Virus record (IMG/VR): IMGVR_UViG_3300042558_003926
Coordinates: 1-64,000 of that record
Strand: one strand, 5' to 3'
Length of the DNA stretch: 64,000 nucleotides
Shown here: one piece after another, positions 1 to 6,918 of the stretch
How the letters are laid out: each line of letters starts with the position of its first letter
How positions within the stretch are numbered: the stretch's first letter is position 1
Notes under the pieces: generated by a model
Told to the model about the DNA's origin: nothing
What the model saw: the letters and a program-made list of their open reading frames with translations, nothing else
The model's database searches: none
Position numbers and translations under genes: made by a program

Positions 1-1
1 A

Positions 2-706
2 GGTTCATCAGGATCTTCAGGAGCTAGTGGATCTTCAGGATCATCTGGAACAAGTGGGTCTGCAGGATCTAGTGGTTCATCAGGATCTTCAGGTTCATCA
101 GGAGCTAGTGGATCATCAGGAACAAGTGGATCTAGTGGATCTAGTGGTTCATCAGGATCTTCAGGTTCATCCGGAGCTAGTGGATCTTCAGGATCTTCAG
201 GAACAAGTGGATCTAGTGGTTCATCAGGATCTTCAGGATCTAGTGGATCTTCAGGAACAAGTGGATCTAGTGGTTCATCAGGAGCTAGTGGATCTTCAGG
301 ATCTTCAGGAACAAGTGGATCTAGTGGTTCATCAGGTTCATCAGGTTCATCAGGTTCATCAGGTTCATCAGGTTCATCAGGTTCATCAGGTTCATCAGGA
401 GCTAGTGGATCCTCAGGAACAAGTGGATCTAGTGGTTCATCAGGTTCATCAGGTTCATCTGGAGCTAGTGGATCTTCAGGAACAAGTGGATCTAGTGGTT
501 CATCAGGTTCATCAGGAGCTAGTGGATCATCAGGAACAAGTGGATCTAGTGGATCTAGTGGTTCATCAGGATCTTCAGGTTCATCAGGTTCATCTGGAGC
601 TAGTGGATCTTCAGGAACAAGTGGATCTAGTGGTTCATCAGGTTCATCAGGTTCATCAGGTTCATCAGGAGAAAACGGATCTTCGGGTTCATCAGGAACT
701 TCTGGA
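2..706 (+). repeat. Coding 9-bp-period tandem repeat (GGT/GGA-TCA/TCT/ACA/GCT-TCA/AGT) encoding G-X-S triplets
   Basis: Directly visible, e.g. the (CAGGTTCAT)n run around 330-395. Confidence 0.95.
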
Positions 707-2923
707 ACAAACCTTGAGGTTAAAGACGAAGGAACTTCTTTAACTACCGCTGCATCCTCAATGAATTTCGTAGGTGCGGGCGTTACTGCAACTGCATCAG
801 GTAGTGCCGTTACTGTTACTATACCGGGTGGATCTATACCTGGATCTAATAATCAAGTAATTACATCTGACGGTGCAGGTGGTGCTGTTGCGGAATCCCT
901 ATTGACATTCGATGGAACTATAACATCCCCTTATCTTAATGTTAATTCAGTAACAGTAGGTAGAGGAGGTAATAACGTTTCCACTAACATATCAGTAGGA
1001 CAGTTAGCTTTCTCTGCCTCTACATCGGGTGGATATAACGTTTCTGTTGGTAGATTAGCATCTATAAATGTAACAGAAGGTGCATTCAATGTTGGGATAG
1101 GTGCAAGAGCTATAAATTCACTAACAACTGGATGTTCAAATGTAGCTATAGGTAGGTCTACATTACAAAATGCTACTAGTGCATGTGATAGTATAGCCAT
1201 AGGAACATATTCCCAGCAATCTTATACTCCTTCAGGTGTTATAGCAATAGGCACATCCGCTTTAGGATGTAATCAGATATCGAATATAGTAGGTATAGGT
1301 AGATCGACACTATTCCCTAACAGAGGATTTCTTAACACAGCAGTAGGACATTTTTCTTTAAGTACAAACGCAACGGGTTCGTATAACACAGCATTTGGTT
1401 ACGCCCCTCTCAAAGCGGTAACCTCCGGATCTAAAAACACGGCAGTAGGTGGTGGATGCGTTTGTCCTCAGATTCTTACTTCAACAAATCTTCCACCATT
1501 ATTCTCTAATATTTATGGAAGTCAAAGCGTAGCTATAGGTACTGCTGCTTTAGCTAAAGGAACAAACTTGAATGAGCTTGTAGCAGTGGGTGTTGGTGCT
1601 TTATATAATAATACATCAGGAACACAAAATACTGCTGTTGGTACTTTAGCTCTTGCTAAAAATTTAAACGGGGTATGTAATATAGCTATTGGTAATAAAG
1701 CTTTAGCAGGTAACAATTCCGGTGGATGTAACATAGCTATAGGATTTGAGGTTCTGTGTTTTAACCAAACTGGAGGTAGTAATATTGGTATAGGTGCAGC
1801 CAATCTCGTTAACAACTGTGTTGGTAGCCACAACGTTGCATTAGGTAGATCTGCACTATACACTAACACTTCGGGATGCGGTAATATCGCTATCAGTAGA
1901 AGAGCATTAGCTTATAATACATACGGTAGTTACAATATAGCAATGGGTAGAGGAGCTATGTACTGCAATACAACAGGATGCCATAACATTGCAATAGGTA
2001 GATCAGCTTTATATACTAACTGTACTGCATGCTTCAATATTGGTATTGGTTACAGAGCTTTAGCTAACAATGACTATAATGGTTATGGAGGTAATAGAAA
2101 TATTGCAATAGGGGTCAAAGCATTGTATAGTGCCCAAGTTACATCCGGAGCAATTGCAATAGGCTATTGTGCTCTGTTTAGCTCTTCGGGAGGAGGTAAT
2201 CTTGCTATAGGTGATTGTTCTCAGGCGTTAACTATAGGAGGAGATAGTAACGTTTCTGTTGGGGGACTCTCCTTATGTGGAAATTTAACTGGTAGTGCTA
2301 ACGTTGCAATAGGTAATAAATCATTTAAAAATAATCAATACGGACAACAAACGGTTGCGGTTGGTCATAATGCTATAGCATACGGATCGGGTCCTTATAC
2401 AAACCAATTAACAGCAGTTGGATACCGTGCGGGTTATTATTTTAGCCAGGTATATCAAATAGCGGTAGGTGCTAATGCTCAAACTTCTAACCAGGCATAT
2501 CACACTGTATGGGGTGCTGCTGCAAACAGCGTTTATAACTGTGTATGGGCAGCATGGACAACAGTATCTGACGCCAGAGATAAAGCCAACATCGAGCCAC
2601 TATCTAGGAATCTTGGTCTTAGTCTCATAAACAAGCTAAACCCAGTCTCATTTAAATGGGATCAGAGACAAAGATACGTAGATAAATGTGGATTTGAGTA
2701 TGGTGAAAAAGATGGCACATTAATTACTGCTCATAGAGAATATGGACTTATAGCTCAAGAACTTAAACAGGCTTTAGATGAATTAGGGGAACAATTTGAT
2801 GCTCTTAAATATAATAGTACACAGGATTCCTATAGATTAACTTATGAAGGATTAATAGCTCCTATAATTAAATCTATTCAGGAACTATCTGCTAGAGTCG
2901 AGTCAATAGAGAAAAAGCTATAA
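2..2923 (+). CDS. Tail fibre/adhesin, 5'-truncated: (Gly-Ser/Thr/Ala-Ser)n collagen-like stalk, YadA/Hep_Hag-like NxAIG beta-roll repeats, C-terminal peptidase S74 intramolecular chaperone
   Basis: The frame starting at nt 2 reads GSSGSSGASGSSGSSGTSG... and runs in frame into the 761..2923 ORF through VKDEGTSLTTAASSMNFVGAGVTA. It has many NIAIG/NVAIG repeats and the S74 motifs SDARDKANI, LNPVSFKW and YGLIAQEL. Confidence 0.85.
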   Translation, partial: GSSGSSGASGSSGSSGTSGSAGSSGSSGSSGSSGASGSSGTSGSSGSSGSSGSSGSSGASGSSGSSGTSGSSGSSGSSGSSGSSGTSGSSGSSGASGSSGSSGTSGSSGSSGSSGSSGSSGSSGSSGSSGSSGASGSSGTSGSSGSSGSSGSSGASGSSGTSGSSGSSGSSGASGSSGTSGSSGSSGSSGSSGSSGSSGASGSSGTSGSSGSSGSSGSSGSSGENGSSGSSGTSGTNLEVKDEGTSLTTAASSMNFVGAGVTATASGSAVTVTIPGGSIPGSNNQVITSDGAGGAVAESLLTFDGTITSPYLNVNSVTVGRGGNNVSTNISVGQLAFSASTSGGYNVSVGRLASINVTEGAFNVGIGARAINSLTTGCSNVAIGRSTLQNATSACDSIAIGTYSQQSYTPSGVIAIGTSALGCNQISNIVGIGRSTLFPNRGFLNTAVGHFSLSTNATGSYNTAFGYAPLKAVTSGSKNTAVGGGCVCPQILTSTNLPPLFSNIYGSQSVAIGTAALAKGTNLNELVAVGVGALYNNTSGTQNTAVGTLALAKNLNGVCNIAIGNKALAGNNSGGCNIAIGFEVLCFNQTGGSNIGIGAANLVNNCVGSHNVALGRSALYTNTSGCGNIAISRRALAYNTYGSYNIAMGRGAMYCNTTGCHNIAIGRSALYTNCTACFNIGIGYRALANNDYNGYGGNRNIAIGVKALYSAQVTSGAIAIGYCALFSSSGGGNLAIGDCSQALTIGGDSNVSVGGLSLCGNLTGSANVAIGNKSFKNNQYGQQTVAVGHNAIAYGSGPYTNQLTAVGYRAGYYFSQVYQIAVGANAQTSNQAYHTVWGAAANSVYNCVWAAWTTVSDARDKANIEPLSRNLGLSLINKLNPVSFKWDQRQRYVDKCGFEYGEKDGTLITAHREYGLIAQELKQALDELGEQFDALKYNSTQDSYRLTYEGLIAPIIKSIQELSARVESIEKKL

Positions 2924-2933
2924 AAAATAAATA

Positions 2934-3755
2934 ATGTCAGTACAAAAAATATTTTATAACGCATCGCTTCCGAGGTCTGGATCAACTTTGCTTCAGAATG
3001 TGATGATGCAGAATCCAGACATCTATTCTACTCCAACTTCCGGGGTTGGTGAGCTATTATTGTCTGCGAGAACTATCTATTCAAACGGTGATGCCTTCAA
3101 AGCTCAGGATCCAGAAGAAATGAAGAAAGCTTTTGGTGGATTCTGTAAGGGTGGGATTTATGGATATTTTAATGCTCTTACGGATAGACCTTATGTTCTG
3201 GAAAAAAGTAGAGCATGGTTAGGTCACAGATCTTTTGTAGACTTTTTCGACGAAAATCCTAAGATCATAGTAATGGTTAGGGATTTGAGAAGTGTATTTT
3301 CATCTATGGAAAAAAACTTTAGAAAAAATCCGCATAAGGATCCCCTGATAGTTAACGGAGCCGAATTGAAAAATATGACTACTCCTGCGAGGATAGATCA
3401 TTTTTCTGTTTCCCCTCCTATTGGTCCTTCTTTAGAGTGGCTGTTCGAATCTGTTCACCAAGGATATGATAAAGACATTCATTTTATTAAATTCGAGGAC
3501 TTTTCTATTGATCCAGAGACAGAGATCAAGAAGATATACAACTATCTAAATCTACCATATTTTAAACACGATTTCGAAAATGTTCAGCAACTAACCCACG
3601 AGAATGATGTGATTCATGGAATATTCGGGGATCATAAAATATCTCCTAAAGTTAGACCAGTTCCCGAAGATTATATTGATATATTGGGTAAAGTAGAGTC
3701 AGATAGATTAAGAAACCACTATGATTGGTTTTATAAAAGATTCAAATATATATAA
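2934..3755 (+). CDS. PAPS-dependent sulfotransferase
   Basis: 5'-phosphosulfate-binding loop LPRSGSTLL, 3'-phosphate motif MVRDLRSVFSS, and IKFEDF..DPE.EIKKIYNYL. Confidence 0.85.
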   Translation: MSVQKIFYNASLPRSGSTLLQNVMMQNPDIYSTPTSGVGELLLSARTIYSNGDAFKAQDPEEMKKAFGGFCKGGIYGYFNALTDRPYVLEKSRAWLGHRSFVDFFDENPKIIVMVRDLRSVFSSMEKNFRKNPHKDPLIVNGAELKNMTTPARIDHFSVSPPIGPSLEWLFESVHQGYDKDIHFIKFEDFSIDPETEIKKIYNYLNLPYFKHDFENVQQLTHENDVIHGIFGDHKISPKVRPVPEDYIDILGKVESDRLRNHYDWFYKRFKYI

Positions 3756-3758
3756 GAT

Positions 3759-4358
3759 ATGCCAGATCCTAAAATCATAGAATTGGAATCTAAGATAGCT
3801 AAGTTAGCAGCTATTATAAATGATCCTACCCCTTTATATAAGGAATACATCTACAAGGATGATGAAAAAAGAATCAAGCCCAATCTTAAATTAAAGCATG
3901 TTGATGAGTTAAATGAAGCTCTAATAAGACAGGCTAATGACGTGGAAGAATTTGTAAATTCAATAAAAGAAGAGATTGAGATACCAGGAGAGATTAAACA
4001 ATCTTTTGAGAATTCTATTAAGGAAAAAGAAACATTCATAAGCAAAGGAAGTGTTAACTGGAAACCAGATGACGGATTCGATCAGCCATCTTTTTATATA
4101 GAAAACAATGCACTTTACTTCAAATTCAAGACAGAAGAACCTATAGATTATGTTGAGATTAATGAAATCTCACCCAAAGGGAAGAGTATTATCACAACCC
4201 AAGGAGGAACAGTAGGGGATGGCGAATTTTTAAAGGTTCCGGTTCTAGTAGATTATCTAGAAAAAGGATCTGCTGGAAACAAATATACATTAGTTATAGT
4301 TCTAGGATCGAATCCGGGTAACCAGAGAAAGGGATTTTTTACTTACGTTTATAAATAA
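3759..4358 (+). CDS. Hypothetical protein
   Basis: 199-aa ORF packed in the operon; no motif recognised. Confidence 0.6.
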   Translation: MPDPKIIELESKIAKLAAIINDPTPLYKEYIYKDDEKRIKPNLKLKHVDELNEALIRQANDVEEFVNSIKEEIEIPGEIKQSFENSIKEKETFISKGSVNWKPDDGFDQPSFYIENNALYFKFKTEEPIDYVEINEISPKGKSIITTQGGTVGDGEFLKVPVLVDYLEKGSAGNKYTLVIVLGSNPGNQRKGFFTYVYK

Positions 4359-4363
4359 ATATT

Positions 4364-4816
4364 ATGATTTATTGGTTTACTGGGCAACCGGGACATGGAA
4401 AGACCGTTTTAGGAAAACTTCTCGTAGAGAAAATTGGAGATGATACGTTTCATATTGATGGAGATCACCTCAGGGAGATATTCAACAATAAGGATTATTC
4501 CGAAACTGGAAGAAGAAAAAATATAGATCTAGCACAAAAGATTGCACATTATTTAGAAAATCAGGGTAAGGATTCAGTGGTTTCCCTTGTCTCTCCTTAC
4601 TTGGATCAAAGAGAGGAGTTTAAAAGAATAATGGGAGATAAACTAGTTGAGATTTATGTCCATACTGAAGAGAAAAGAGGAAGGGAGGAATTCCACGTGG
4701 AAAATTACGAGCCACCCACCGAAAATTTTATAGACATTGATACTACAATAGATAATCCTGAAGATAGTATCATTAAAATAATGTCCAATGAAAAATTACA
4801 TAGCAAAGGCAGATAA
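4364..4816 (+). CDS. cysC: Adenylylsulfate (APS) kinase, compact form
   Basis: IYWFTGQPGHGKT P-loop, IDGDHLR, DYSETGRRKNI, VSLVSPY and YEPP match CysC signature motifs. Confidence 0.85.
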   Translation: MIYWFTGQPGHGKTVLGKLLVEKIGDDTFHIDGDHLREIFNNKDYSETGRRKNIDLAQKIAHYLENQGKDSVVSLVSPYLDQREEFKRIMGDKLVEIYVHTEEKRGREEFHVENYEPPTENFIDIDTTIDNPEDSIIKIMSNEKLHSKGR

Positions 4817-5186
4817 AAAAACATCATCAAACAGTTTACAGTATTCGATGTTTGTTGGTAGGTGGCAACCTTTACACGAAGGACACCAATGGCTTTTTAA
4901 CCAGTCGTTAGAGGAGGGTAAGAACGTTCTGATCTGCATAAGAGATGTTGAGCCAGATGAAAAAAATCCATTTAAACCAGATGAGGTAAAAAGAAATATA
5001 GAGGAATTTTATTCTCATCTGGTTGAATCTAAGAGAGTTAAGGTTATGATTATACCTGATATAGAATCTATAAATTATGGTAGGGGGGTTGGTTATGATG
5101 TCATAGAGCACGTTCCACCATCTGAGATATCAGATATTTCTGCTACTAAGATAAGAGAATCTTTAAAGTCGGAGGGGAAATTATGA
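4788..5186 (+). CDS. Small HIGH-superfamily (cytidylyltransferase-like) nucleotidyltransferase; candidate minimal ATP sulfurylase
   Basis: GRWQPLHEGH (HxGH) and ISATKIRE motifs; overlaps cysC. Confidence 0.75.
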   Translation: MKNYIAKADKKTSSNSLQYSMFVGRWQPLHEGHQWLFNQSLEEGKNVLICIRDVEPDEKNPFKPDEVKRNIEEFYSHLVESKRVKVMIIPDIESINYGRGVGYDVIEHVPPSEISDISATKIRESLKSEGKL

Positions 5187-5632
5187 GTAATAAATTCAAG
5201 AAATATCATATTAGATTTAACACCGTATCTAGATCTGAAGACGATAGATGGAGACTAATTGACGAAGAAGGAAAGGAGACATTGGTTTCCTCCGTAGTTG
5301 TTAATGGTTATTCATATACCACCAAAAACTGGATAGATGAAATAGGTGAATATAAATGGCACGTATCATGTGAAGGATACTGTACCATCACTGATAATGT
5401 AGCTAGAATAGAGACAACTAAGAATGAATCCGCATTAACTAGACATATATTAAAAACGGTATCATATAGAATACTCGGAACTTTAACGACAGTGATAGTT
5501 GCATATTCTTTAGGTGTTCCTTTAGAAATATCTTCCATGCTGGGAATCGGCGAACTTTTGCTGAAACCTGTAATTTATTTCTTGCACGAGAGAGCGTGGT
5601 ATAAATGGATTAGAATAGGAATTAAAAAATAA
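5183..5632 (+). CDS. Membrane protein with C-terminal DUF2061-like domain
   Basis: RHILKTVSYRILGTLTT...KPVIYFLHERAW resembles DUF2061 (KxxSWR...YYxHERxW). Confidence 0.7.
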   Translation: MSNKFKKYHIRFNTVSRSEDDRWRLIDEEGKETLVSSVVVNGYSYTTKNWIDEIGEYKWHVSCEGYCTITDNVARIETTKNESALTRHILKTVSYRILGTLTTVIVAYSLGVPLEISSMLGIGELLLKPVIYFLHERAWYKWIRIGIKK

Positions 5633-5636
5633 ATAA

Positions 5637-6512
5637 GTGGAAAGTTATTTAGTGTGGCACATAGAAGGTGGATTGGGAAAAAACATAGCAGCTACCTCTC
5701 TTATAGAGTCTTTGCATGATAGATACCCGGATCGGAAGATAATTATTGTAGCATCATATCCTGATGTTTTTTTAAATCACAGATTGATCTATAGAGTTTA
5801 CCGAATAGGAAACACACAGTATTTCTATGACGACTACATTAAAAATAAGGACACTTTAGTTTTTAGACATGAAGCTTATTACGAGAGTAATCATATCTCG
5901 AAGAGAAAGCATATAATAGATAGCTGGTGTAAATTAATGGATCTGGAATATAAGAATCAGATGCCAGTTATTAATTTCAATCTGGTTCAGCAGAGAAGTT
6001 CACAGAAATGGATTAGAGAGAAACCAATTTTTTTAATTCAAACAAACGGCGGACCCTTCAATTCAGAATCTGCATATTCGTGGGCCAGAGATATTCCTTT
6101 TGATATTTCTCTTAAAATAGCAGAGAGCATGATTAAGGATTATCACGTAATTCAGATATGTAAACCCTCTTCTAGACAAATCCCAGGTGCCGAAGTAATA
6201 TCCGATCAACTATCACCCATCGACCTTTTTCTTTTGCTAGCTCTTAGCGAAAAAAGACTTCTCATAGATTCTTGTTTACAACATGCTGCATCGGCTTTAA
6301 ACTTACCTTCCGCCGTACTTTGGATAGCTACTTCTCCCGCTAATTTTGGTTATACCCTACACAAGAATATAATTGCAAATCCACCAGAGATTGAACCTAA
6401 ATTACCTAATTCATATCTCTTCGATTATTCTTTTGATGGGGTTGCTTATGAATGTCCATATTATTCTACCGATGAAATGTTTAATGTTGGTGAGATAATA
6501 AAATCAATCTAA
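5637..6512 (+). CDS. GT-B fold glycosyltransferase, GT9/heptosyltransferase-like
   Basis: N-terminal GGLGKNIAAT; C-terminal LIDSCLQHAASALNLPSAVLW resembles the GT9 motif DSGxxHxAxAxxxPxxxL. Confidence 0.7.
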   Translation: MESYLVWHIEGGLGKNIAATSLIESLHDRYPDRKIIIVASYPDVFLNHRLIYRVYRIGNTQYFYDDYIKNKDTLVFRHEAYYESNHISKRKHIIDSWCKLMDLEYKNQMPVINFNLVQQRSSQKWIREKPIFLIQTNGGPFNSESAYSWARDIPFDISLKIAESMIKDYHVIQICKPSSRQIPGAEVISDQLSPIDLFLLLALSEKRLLIDSCLQHAASALNLPSAVLWIATSPANFGYTLHKNIIANPPEIEPKLPNSYLFDYSFDGVAYECPYYSTDEMFNVGEIIKSI

Positions 6513-6515
6513 TCC

Positions 6516-6546
6516 GGAACTTTAACCCGATAAAAACTATAAAATA
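6516..6546 (+). promoter_or_regulatory. Putative middle (ECF-type) promoter
   Basis: GGAAC-N16-CTATAAAATA upstream of 6559. Confidence 0.55.
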
Positions 6547-6558
6547 AAAAAACAAAAA

Positions 6559-6834
6559 ATGGAAGAAACTATTAAATTGCCAGAAGAATTGGTATTGGAA
6601 GTTCAGGCTCTTAAAGATGAACTGATGGATAATGTTATTAAAGTTGGAAGACTTAGTGTACAGAAATCTTTTTATGAAAAAGATCTTGAAATGATTAACT
6701 CCCAGCTGGATAATCTTCATGACCAAGCCGCTTTAATATACCAGAAGGAGGAGGAATTACAGAAAAAGGTAATCTCCGAATATGGTAACGGTAAACTGGA
6801 TTTTGAGTCCGGTATTTTTACTAAAAACTCCTAA
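6559..6834 (+). CDS. Small coiled-coil hypothetical protein
   Basis: Heptad-rich, ends in EYGNGKLDFESGIFT. Confidence 0.7.
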   Translation: MEETIKLPEELVLEVQALKDELMDNVIKVGRLSVQKSFYEKDLEMINSQLDNLHDQAALIYQKEEELQKKVISEYGNGKLDFESGIFTKNS

Positions 6835-6890
6835 CCTAAACATAAAAAGCTCGTTCTGCTTTAGGTACTATTCTTCCTTTATTTTTTAAG

Positions 6891-6898
6891 GATATATA
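6891..6898 (+). promoter_or_regulatory. Putative late promoter GATATATA
   Basis: Recurrent motif, about 20 nt upstream of the neck gene. Confidence 0.65.
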
Positions 6899-6918
6899 GA
6901 GAAAGTACTTAATGCAGA

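Noticed and set aside
2-706. Possible CRISPR array or non-coding repeat
   Set aside because: It has 9-bp coding periodicity with synonymous variation and no unique spacers.
27-743. 238-aa ORF of VHQ/DLQ repeats
   Set aside because: It is an off-frame shadow of the GSS repeat. The GSS frame is continuous with the downstream fibre domains.
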